A stretch of DNA of 54,590 nucleotides from the NCBI GenBank assembly GCA_002841825.1, contig PHAZ01000006.1, forward strand, positions 1 to 54,590, written 5' to 3'. Both the position numbers and the translations under genes were made by a program. The notes beneath the pieces are model-generated. The model ran no database searches. It was given only the letters and a program-made list of their open reading frames with translations, and was not told the origin of the DNA. This DNA is from Deltaproteobacteria bacterium HGW-Deltaproteobacteria-22. Lineage in GTDB: Bacteria; Myxococcota_A; Polyangia; HGW-17. Positions within the stretch are counted from its first letter, which is position 1. The number at the start of each line of letters is the position of its first letter. Below are positions 16,792-24,784 of the stretch, in pieces.

Positions 16792-18948
16792 TTACAGGCC
16801 GTAATAGCAGCGGTTGGCCACACGCCTGGATCCCGGGGGACACTGCAGGGGCTTGGGGGGCTGACACTTGCCTTCGCGGTCGCGCAGCTGCTTGCCGGGG
16901 CAGGTCCGTTTCCAGTCCTTGTGGAAGGGCAGGCACACGTTGAGGCGGTCCGAGGGTCGGCCGTGGCCCGCCGGGCAGGGAGAGGGCACGCAGCGGCCCT
17001 GGGGGTTGGCGAAGGTGCCCGCCGGGCAGGTCCTGGGTGGCGCGAGGCAGGCCTGGGTCTTGGAATCCCGGACCGTGCCCGCAGGACAGGTCTCCTGGAC
17101 GCAGGCACCCGAGGGCAGGCGCTTCCAGCCCGCCGGACAGGTCCCGGTCACGCATTTGCCGTCGGCGTTCCGGATGGTCGTCCGGGGACAGGTGTCCTCG
17201 ACACAGGTTCCGTCCGTGCTGTGATGGTAGCCGGTCGGGCAGGCCTTGCGCGGGCCTGGGCCCGGCGGGGGCGGATCCCTGGGCGGCGGCGCAAGGGAGA
17301 TGCAGGTCTCCGAGATCGGGTCGCGGCGCGTGTTGGCCGGACACATCTTCGGGACGCACCGGGTGCCGTCGGAGGAGAAGCGCTCATGCTCCTCGCACTC
17401 CACCGGACCCTGGCATTTGCCGTCGGCGCCGCGCTTCTGGCCCTTGGGGCAGGACTGCCACACGCAGACCTGGGCACCCTCGGGGCGGAACTTGCCCGCC
17501 GGACACGGTGAGCAGCGCATGCCCGGATCGCGGAACCCGGTGGTGCCGCAGTCGACCGGAACACAATAGTTCAGGCCGTCGGGCCTGAAGAAGCCCTCCT
17601 TGCAGCGACAGGCGCCCGTCTCCGGGTGCTTTTCGTGGCCCTCGGTGCAGGTGGCCGGTGCGCAGTGCCTGCCGTCAGGGCTCAGGAGGGTGCCGGCCGG
17701 GCAGGCGCAGTCATGGGACTTGGGGTCGCGGATGGAGCCTTCGGGGCAGGTCTTCGGGACGCAGGAGGGCGCGATGGCCGGCCGGAACAGGCCCGCGGCG
17801 CAGGGGACGCACTGATGCTCGGCGTTGCGATCGTGATGGAGCGGACAGACCTGCGGAACGCAGCGGGTCGCGGACGGATTCATCATCTGGTCGACCGGGC
17901 ACACGCAATTTCCCAGCGTGTCGCGCACCGCACCCGCGGCGCACTGGATGGGCACGCATTGCAGACGACCCACCGGCCGGATCTGGCCCGACGGGCAGGG
18001 CGGGAAGGCGCACTCGTCGGTCTGCGGATCCCGCTTGACGCCGCGCGGGCAGACCTTCTGGACGCAGCGCTTCTGATCCACGGACAGCCTCAGCGGTCCG
18101 GCGCACGTGATGGGCACGCACTTCTGGGTCACCCCGTCGCGCTGGGTGCCGGTCGGGCACGAGAGCTCCACGCAGTAGTCCTTGTCCATGGGGCGGACCA
18201 GGCCGGCCGGGCAGGGGATCCATTCGCACTGGCGGGTGGAGGCGTTCCATCGCTTCTGGGCATCGCAGGAGCGCGCAACGCAGGTGAACGAGCCGGCGGG
18301 GCGCCATTGCCCGGCCTCACAGGGATAGCACTTCAGATCCGAGGCTAGGTAGGCCTCCTCTCCGCAGTCCTTCAACTGGCACTGGCCGTTCTTCAGTTCC
18401 ATGCCCGGCTTGCAGGCGCACAGGCCGTCGGGGCCGCGCACGGATCCCCTTGGACAACTGGCCGAGGACACGCACGTGCCCTTGGCGTCGGCGACGGTCC
18501 CGCGTGGACAGCGCGCCACGCAGGTGTCCAGATCGGCCACGCGGAACTGCCTGGCCGGACATCGCTTGGGCACGCAGACGCCGGCCTTCGGGCTCCAGCG
18601 GTCGTTGGCGCCGCAGCGCGGCTTGCAGGTCATGTCCTTGGCCCGGATCTGGTCCGCGGCGCAGGATCGTGGCACACAGCGCGAGGCCCCCGGAAGGATG
18701 GCGGTGCCCGCGGCACAGTAGCACCGTCCGTCGCTGCCCCTGAACTGCCCAGGCACGCACGTCACCGGCACACAGTAGCCGCCCTTGGGATGGGCATGCA
18801 GTTTCTGGTCCTTGGGGCAGTGGCAGACCCCGGCCTTGTCACGGTTGGCGCCCGTCGGACAAGGAGCTTTGGGCTTGGACTGGGCCATGGAAACTTGAAA
18901 GTTCAGGAAGAACGCAAAGATCACCACTGGACGAAAAATATTTTTCAT
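16792..18948 (-). CDS. Secreted cysteine-rich tandem-repeat protein (718 aa, 39 C-x10-14-C modules)
   Basis: GGAGG RBS, signal peptide MKNIFRPVVIFAFFLNFQVSMA, then 78 Cys in consensus CPxGxxRxxxGxC modules; coding-like GC3 bias. Confidence 0.85.
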   Translation of the reverse strand: MKNIFRPVVIFAFFLNFQVSMAQSKPKAPCPTGANRDKAGVCHCPKDQKLHAHPKGGYCVPVTCVPGQFRGSDGRCYCAAGTAILPGASRCVPRSCAADQIRAKDMTCKPRCGANDRWSPKAGVCVPKRCPARQFRVADLDTCVARCPRGTVADAKGTCVSSASCPRGSVRGPDGLCACKPGMELKNGQCQLKDCGEEAYLASDLKCYPCEAGQWRPAGSFTCVARSCDAQKRWNASTRQCEWIPCPAGLVRPMDKDYCVELSCPTGTQRDGVTQKCVPITCAGPLRLSVDQKRCVQKVCPRGVKRDPQTDECAFPPCPSGQIRPVGRLQCVPIQCAAGAVRDTLGNCVCPVDQMMNPSATRCVPQVCPLHHDRNAEHQCVPCAAGLFRPAIAPSCVPKTCPEGSIRDPKSHDCACPAGTLLSPDGRHCAPATCTEGHEKHPETGACRCKEGFFRPDGLNYCVPVDCGTTGFRDPGMRCSPCPAGKFRPEGAQVCVWQSCPKGQKRGADGKCQGPVECEEHERFSSDGTRCVPKMCPANTRRDPISETCISLAPPPRDPPPPGPGPRKACPTGYHHSTDGTCVEDTCPRTTIRNADGKCVTGTCPAGWKRLPSGACVQETCPAGTVRDSKTQACLAPPRTCPAGTFANPQGRCVPSPCPAGHGRPSDRLNVCLPFHKDWKRTCPGKQLRDREGKCQPPKPLQCPPGSRRVANRCYYGL

Positions 18949-19280
18949 GGAACCTCCAACCATCCGTCTGAAAACAAGCAGGAAAAATGCGAAAACCGGG
19001 AAAAAGACGGATGCCTGTTCGATTTTCTTCATATCCCAAGGACCGAAACATCGCAAATAAAGTGACGGATCTGATTTACGCAATTATTTCAAACACTTAC
19101 AGACTTTCCGGAAAAGAAGAGCCTGCTTTTTGACTATGTACCGCGCCCATGTTCCGTACGTCTTTCAAGCGTTTTTCGGACCCGGTTTTGGAAAATTCGG
19201 AGCGTCCTTGCCATCCGGAAGTCAAACGGGTTAACTCAGTAACACTTTGCGGCCCCGTTGTTCGCAACGTCTGAAAGAAC

Positions 19281-20579
19281 ATGAACATTTCGTTGTGGAA
19301 CCACATCTCATCCTTACTGGAGCAGGAAATCCTGCCGCTGAACTTCAGCCTGTTCCTGTCGGATGTGGTGGTTTCCGGCGACGGGGACGAGTTGATCCTG
19401 TCCTGTCCCAACGAGTTTGTGCTCGAGCAGGTGCGATCCAACTACGAGGAGCGCATCCGGGAGCTGGCCCGGCAGATCTCCGGAAGGGAAATCGCCGTCC
19501 GGGTCACCAGCGGTCCGCAGATCGCGAACCCGCCGGTCCGGCTGATGCCCGCGACCCCCGCCGGGGAGTCCCCGTCCCCGCCGGATCCGTCGACCTTCCT
19601 GCTCAACGCCGAGGTCGTCGAGGGTCCCGAAAACCTGTTCGCATGGCAGGCCCTGCGCCAGGCCATCGCCTTCCCCGGCCGATACAACCCGCTGTTCGTG
19701 TACGGTAAGACCGGCGTCGGCAAGTCGCGGTACCTGCAGACGATCGCCAGCGCCTACGAGAAGCGCGGCAGGAAGGTGCTTCTCCTGCGCGGTTTCGAAT
19801 TCATGAACCAGTACATGATGGCCGTGCAGAAGAACGCCTATGAGGCGTTCTACCAGCACTTCTGCGGCCTGGATCTGCTGTGCATCGACGACGTTCACTA
19901 TCTTGAGGGCAAGGACCGGACCCAGGAGACCTTCACCAACATCTTCAACGGCCTGTTCGACTCGGGAGCCCAGATCGTCCTGAGCGCCGACCGGCCTCCC
20001 AACGCCATCACAGGCATGATGGAGGCGCTCGTCTCGCGTCTGACCTGGGGATTGATCCTCGAGATCGCGCCGCCCTCGGAGACCACCCGGCGACGGCTCG
20101 TCGAGCGCTGGAGCGCCCACGCGCAGCCCCTGCCGGCCGCGGTCGTGGAGCGCCTGGTGGCCCACCCCTTTGCCAGCGTGCGTGCCTTCGAGGGGGTCCT
20201 GACGCGGTTGTGGGCGCAGACGGAGATCTTCGGCCGTCCGGTGGGCCTGCGGGAAGTGCAGGAGGAGCTGGAGAGGACCGGGGAGGACGCCGCACCCCTG
20301 GGACTGTCCGAGATTGAACGGCTCGTGTGCGATCATTTCAACCTCTCCTCGCGGGAGTTGACCGGAAAGGATCGCTCCCTGCGTGTGGCGCGTCCGCGCC
20401 AGTTGGCGATGTACCTGGCCAAGAAACACGGCAGCTCCAGCTACCCCGTGATCGGCGAGTTCTTTGGCCTCAAGAGCCACTCGTCGGTGATCAGCGCCTG
20501 CAGGCGCATCGAGAAGTTGCGGCGATCCGACCGACAGTTGTCCCTGGATCTCGATGAAATCGAAAAAAACCTGAAATAG
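19281..20579 (+). CDS. dnaA: DnaA-family replication initiator homologue (divergent, possibly a paralogue)
   Basis: YNPLFVYG..GVGKS, LLCIDDVH, SADRPP, LVSRLTWG, SVRAFEG, domain IV RPRQLAMYL...IGEFFG..HSSV; all four domains present. Confidence 0.85.
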   Translation: MNISLWNHISSLLEQEILPLNFSLFLSDVVVSGDGDELILSCPNEFVLEQVRSNYEERIRELARQISGREIAVRVTSGPQIANPPVRLMPATPAGESPSPPDPSTFLLNAEVVEGPENLFAWQALRQAIAFPGRYNPLFVYGKTGVGKSRYLQTIASAYEKRGRKVLLLRGFEFMNQYMMAVQKNAYEAFYQHFCGLDLLCIDDVHYLEGKDRTQETFTNIFNGLFDSGAQIVLSADRPPNAITGMMEALVSRLTWGLILEIAPPSETTRRRLVERWSAHAQPLPAAVVERLVAHPFASVRAFEGVLTRLWAQTEIFGRPVGLREVQEELERTGEDAAPLGLSEIERLVCDHFNLSSRELTGKDRSLRVARPRQLAMYLAKKHGSSSYPVIGEFFGLKSHSSVISACRRIEKLRRSDRQLSLDLDEIEKNLK

Positions 20580-20586
20580 TGGGGGC

Positions 20587-20672
20587 GACAGGTCCGACTA
20601 GTCTGACAGGTCTGACAGGTCTGGGCGACCGTGAGACCGGTCGCTGGTCTGACTGGTCCGACAGGTCTGACA
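20587..20672. repeat. 9-bp tandem array (GACWRGTCY) interrupted by a hairpin
   Basis: Units at 20587, 20596, 20605, 20614, 20651, 20660, partial at 20669; stem GCGACCG/CGGTCGC at 20625-20644. Confidence 0.85.
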
Positions 20673-20730
20673 ATTGTTTCTGTGAAAGCGTGGAAAGAGA
20701 GAAAGGGTGGGAACGAAATCGAAGGGGATG

Positions 20731-21993
20731 CTACTCGGGAGCGGGTTCGCCGCCGCCCTCGCCGCCAGCCTCGCCGCCGCCTTCGCCGTCGACTTCAGCG
20801 CCGCCGCCCTCTTCCGTGTCGCTTCCGCCTTCGGAGGTCGTGGCCTCCTCGGCGTTCTTGCGCATCATGGTGGAGACCTTGGCTTCCTTCTGCATGTTGG
20901 CGTTGGCGTTGGAGGACTTGCCCATGGCCAGCAGGCCGATGGGCATCAGGGAGAGCACCATGGCGATGAAGCCCAGCGTAAACAGGGCGCGGCTGATCGG
21001 GGTGTGCTCCATGGCCATGCGCTCGAAGCGGGTGGCTTCGCTCACGGGCAGGGCTTCCATCGGGATCGGCTTCTCGACCTCGGGGGGATTGAGCTTGTAT
21101 TCCCCGCCGCTCATTGAGGGCATTTCCTCGCGCATCTTGCCGATGCGTCCGGTGGCGGCCATGGCGATGGCGACCAGGGGACCCACGCCCAGCAGCGCGA
21201 CGATCATCACGACGATGTCGCCAGAGTAGAAGCCGGCGACGTAGTACCGATACAGGTAGGCTGCGAACATGCCCACCAGGAACACGCCGGCGACATGGAT
21301 GAAGCCATCGCGGTTCTTCTTGTGAGACATGTAGGCGGCCCCGGCCATGATCAGGAGCAGGAGGATGAAGATCAGGATAGTGAACGCCATGTCCCTGGAC
21401 AGGACGGAGTCGGACACGGAGGACAAGACGGAGAGCTTCTGGACTTCCATCGGGGCCATGCCCAGCACGTCGGGTCCCTTTCCGTCCTTGCCGGTCTTGC
21501 CGACAAACATCGCTTCGGTGGCGTAACACTTGAAGCCGTTGTTCTTGCGGACCACGTCATTGAGTTTGCCGCAGGTCTCGGCCTTGGAGGCGTAATCCTC
21601 GGCGAACTTCTTGTCGATTTCCTTGAAGTCCGGGGACGCAAAGGCGCCGACCATCTTGCAGGTCAGGTATTCCGACTCCAGCGCGAACATCTTGGGAGTG
21701 CAGTCCGTGGCGTTGTCGATGACCACGCATTCCTTGTTTTTCAGGCGGTCACCCGAGCACGGGGTCGGGGATCCGACCTTGAACATGCCCAGGGGAATGA
21801 TCAGGGTGATGAAGCTCAGTCCGACACCGATCAGCAGCATGTTGGACATGCTGCTTCCGAACTTGTTCGGCCCGGGGGAGCCGTACGATGATCCCGTGGA
21901 CCCGTAGTCGAACTGACCTCCCGCGGGCGGCGGGGGCGGCATGGGATTCTGATTTTGCGGTTCCAAAGGCTGCATTCCGTTTTGATCGTTCAT
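20731..21993 (-). CDS. Hypothetical polytopic membrane protein (about 5 TM, six-Cys loop, Gly/Glu tail)
   Basis: Long ORF with hydrophobic segments; GGAGGA RBS before the ATG at 21993 (alternative start 22005). Confidence 0.78.
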   Translation of the reverse strand: MNDQNGMQPLEPQNQNPMPPPPPAGGQFDYGSTGSSYGSPGPNKFGSSMSNMLLIGVGLSFITLIIPLGMFKVGSPTPCSGDRLKNKECVVIDNATDCTPKMFALESEYLTCKMVGAFASPDFKEIDKKFAEDYASKAETCGKLNDVVRKNNGFKCYATEAMFVGKTGKDGKGPDVLGMAPMEVQKLSVLSSVSDSVLSRDMAFTILIFILLLLIMAGAAYMSHKKNRDGFIHVAGVFLVGMFAAYLYRYYVAGFYSGDIVVMIVALLGVGPLVAIAMAATGRIGKMREEMPSMSGGEYKLNPPEVEKPIPMEALPVSEATRFERMAMEHTPISRALFTLGFIAMVLSLMPIGLLAMGKSSNANANMQKEAKVSTMMRKNAEEATTSEGGSDTEEGGGAEVDGEGGGEAGGEGGGEPAPE

Positions 21994-22294
21994 GCGGTCC
22001 TCCATGAAAGTGATTGATTCCTAACCTACCGGAAGATACGGAGTCAAGAACTAGTTCTCCGTTTTTTCGAGAAAAACGCGAAAAAACGCACTCCGGCGGG
22101 ATCGGATCCGGGGTTCCCCGGTGGGAGGGAACAGGTGGGCAGCATCCATGGGTCCGGACCTTTGGAAGACCGGCTCTGCAGAGTCGGTCGATCGGCGTCA
22201 CGTTGAGACGGCCGAACCGGAACCACCACCGGCGCGTCGACCGCAGCCGGAAGGGAAGCGGGACGGATCCGGAGATCGGAACCGCTTCAGGAGC

Positions 22295-22323
22295 TGTCCA
22301 CCGGCTCCCGGGTATGGTATAAA
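22295..22323 (+). promoter_or_regulatory. Possible extended -10 promoter for the radical SAM/LDT genes
   Basis: TGgTATAAA at 22315-22323; weak -35 TGTCCA 17 nt upstream of the hexamer. Confidence 0.4.
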
Positions 22324-22382
22324 GCCGTTCTGTCGAAGTTGCAATTATTGTTTTACTGTATTTTTCCAGTGAGGAGAGAAAA

Positions 22383-23471
22383 GTGCTGTTATTGATTCAA
22401 AAACTTGGCTATTTTCCACGCACGGCCGTGTGGGAACTGACCCTTGGCTGTAATCTTTGTTGCAGGCACTGCGGGTCCCGCGCGGGCCAACCCCGGGAAC
22501 GCGAACTGACCGCGGATGAGGCCTTCAGGCTCGCGGACGAACTGGTGGATCTCGGGCTGGAGCGGATCACCTTGTCCGGTGGCGAGCCCACCCTGTGTGA
22601 ATACTGGGTCGAGCTGGGCGCCCGGTTGGTGAAGGCCGGCGTCAAAGTGAACCTGATCAGCAACGGCATGGGTTGGAACGGGGATCACGCGCGCCGGGCC
22701 AAGGAGGCCGGATTTGAATCGGCCGCCTTCTCGGTCGACGGCTTCGCGTTCGCCCACGACTACATCCGTGGCGTGGAGGGCGCCTTCGATCACGTGCTCG
22801 AGGCGTTCGCTGCCTGCCGCGAGGCTGGGCTCCCGATCGGGTGCGTGACCACGGTCTACAAGCACAACTGGCGTGACCTGCGCAAGCTTCGTGCCTTCCT
22901 CCACGAGCAGGGCGTGCGCTCCTGGCAGGTGCAGATCGGCAATCCCGCGGGCAACATGAGTGATCATCCGGATCTGGTGATCGTGCCGCAGGATCTGCTC
23001 GAGATCGTCCCCGAGCTGGCCGCCCTTCGGCGCGAGGACGAGAAGCCAGACGTGTACATCGGTGACAACGTCGGCTACTTCGGACCCTATGAAAAGGATC
23101 TGCGGGACACGGGCCGGGAGATCGACTTCTGGCTGGGTTGCCGCGCCGGACTGCAGGTCGTCGGCATCGAGAGTGACGGCGGCATCAAGGGATGTCTGTC
23201 GCTGCCGTCGGAGCTCAACCGGGAGGATCGCTTCCTCGAGGGCAACGTGCGGCGGCGATCGCTCACCGACATCTGGTGCGATCCCGACGCGTTCTCCTAC
23301 AACCGCAAGTTCAACGTCAGTCGCCTCTCCGGCTTCTGCGCGCTCTGCAAGTACAATGAGGTCTGTCGCGGCGGCTGCCTGTGGACCGCGTTCTCGCATT
23401 CCGGCGACCGGTACGAGAATCCGTTCTGCTACTACCGCGTTGCGGTGGAAGCGGGCGTGCTCGAGCCCTGA
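22383..23471 (+). CDS. Radical SAM/SPASM-domain protein
   Basis: CNLCCRHC (CxxxCxxC), LSGGEP, SPASM Cys set GCRAG..GIESDG.IKGC...C..C....C.GGC...C; GTG start after GAGGAG. Confidence 0.92.
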   Translation: MLLLIQKLGYFPRTAVWELTLGCNLCCRHCGSRAGQPRERELTADEAFRLADELVDLGLERITLSGGEPTLCEYWVELGARLVKAGVKVNLISNGMGWNGDHARRAKEAGFESAAFSVDGFAFAHDYIRGVEGAFDHVLEAFAACREAGLPIGCVTTVYKHNWRDLRKLRAFLHEQGVRSWQVQIGNPAGNMSDHPDLVIVPQDLLEIVPELAALRREDEKPDVYIGDNVGYFGPYEKDLRDTGREIDFWLGCRAGLQVVGIESDGGIKGCLSLPSELNREDRFLEGNVRRRSLTDIWCDPDAFSYNRKFNVSRLSGFCALCKYNEVCRGGCLWTAFSHSGDRYENPFCYYRVAVEAGVLEP

Positions 23472-23478
23472 AGACACC

Positions 23479-24750
23479 ATGACCTTTTTCGTCCTCCTCC
23501 TCCAGTTGACGGTGCTCTCGGGCCCGCCGGGGAGCCCGTTTCCTGACTCGTTTAATTATGCAATATCTGCTCATAGTTCGGAGCGGGCCCGCGTGTTCGG
23601 GCGGCCCGATCTGGACACGCCGGTCATCGGGGTGATCGAGCAGGGCGGAGACTTTCCCATTCACGAGATCCTGGAGGACCGGTCCTGCCCGGGGGGGCAC
23701 TTCCTCCGGATCGCGCGATCCCACTTTGTCTGCTCGGCGCACTTTTCCCCCTCGGCCCGGTTTCCCGCCCGGGTCCCCGTGGTGGCGGTCGACGAAACGA
23801 TGGACTCGTCCCTGGCCTGGAGGCGCACGAAGGTCGCCACGCCGGTCTGGGCCTCCCGGGCGGACCGCCTCGCGGGAAAGCCGGCGTTTCTTCTGCCGCG
23901 CAACGCACACCTGCTGTACCGGAAGCGCTACGTCACCGTCGACGGGGAGTTGATGTACCTCTCTCTCAAGGACTATCTCGTGGCCAGTGCCGACCTGGAA
24001 GAGGCCAGTCCGTCGACCTTCTCAGGGAAGCGCACCGATGGAGCCGGAGATCTCGCCTGGGCGGTCGTGTACCGCTATCCGACCGTGCCGGTGGTGGATC
24101 TCGATCGGGGGCGCCCTCGGCGGCGCCTGCCGGACAAGACCTGGGTGAGGCTGGCCACCGCCGGGCCCGTCGAGCGCGACGGCAGGAAGTATTACAGGCT
24201 CGAGGACGGATGGGGCGTGTCCGGGGAGCACCTTCGACTGTTCACGCTCGGTGAGCCGCCCGAAGGGACCGCGCCCGGGGAGCCCTGGATCGAGGTGAAC
24301 ATGACCTCCCAGACGCTGGTGGCCTACGAGGGCGCCAGGCCGGTTTTCCGCACACTGATCTCCAGCGGCCGGGTGGGCACCGACACCGTGCCGGGCCTGT
24401 ACCGGATCTACTTCAAGCGGGCGGTGCAGGACGTCTCCCGCAAGCGCGGAAAGAAGGTGGACTATTTCTTCGAGTCCGTGCCCTTCGTGCAGTTCTTCCA
24501 CGGTGTCTTCGCGTTCCACTCCGCGATGTGGCACCACGCCTTCGGCTTCCCCCACAGCATGGGCTGCGTGGAGACCTCCCTGCGGGACGCGGCCTTCCTG
24601 TTCGGGTGGACCCATCCCCGCGTCCCTGACGGCTATCTCGCGCTGACCGACTCCGTGGAGGATCCGGGCACGCTGGTGCGCATCGTCAAGTTCCCGGGCC
24701 ACCGCGTGCCCACGCGGTTCCATCCCCGCGCCGTTCCACCGGAAGAGTGA
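23479..24750 (+). CDS. Exported L,D-transpeptidase (YkuD domain)
   Basis: Signal peptide; WIEVN...QTLVAYEG..PVF.TLISSG; FHSAMWH..FG..HSMGCV catalytic His/Cys. Confidence 0.88.
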   Translation: MTFFVLLLQLTVLSGPPGSPFPDSFNYAISAHSSERARVFGRPDLDTPVIGVIEQGGDFPIHEILEDRSCPGGHFLRIARSHFVCSAHFSPSARFPARVPVVAVDETMDSSLAWRRTKVATPVWASRADRLAGKPAFLLPRNAHLLYRKRYVTVDGELMYLSLKDYLVASADLEEASPSTFSGKRTDGAGDLAWAVVYRYPTVPVVDLDRGRPRRRLPDKTWVRLATAGPVERDGRKYYRLEDGWGVSGEHLRLFTLGEPPEGTAPGEPWIEVNMTSQTLVAYEGARPVFRTLISSGRVGTDTVPGLYRIYFKRAVQDVSRKRGKKVDYFFESVPFVQFFHGVFAFHSAMWHHAFGFPHSMGCVETSLRDAAFLFGWTHPRVPDGYLALTDSVEDPGTLVRIVKFPGHRVPTRFHPRAVPPEE

Positions 24751-24784
24751 CGGCCCCCGGCATCGAAGAAACAACTTTTCTCGG

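Noticed and set aside
16792-18948. Cys-rich repeats as a DGR or recombination cassette
   Set aside because: No near-identical DNA repeat pair with A-specific mismatches, and no reverse transcriptase or invertase
18949-19280. oriC beside dnaA
   Set aside because: No TTATCCACA-like boxes seen and no dnaN; AT-richness alone is insufficient
22121-22372. 83-aa ORF ending FCRSCNYC as the radical SAM precursor peptide
   Set aside because: No clear RBS, and the Cys-rich end overlaps the AT-rich putative promoter; cannot be excluded without Ribo-seq
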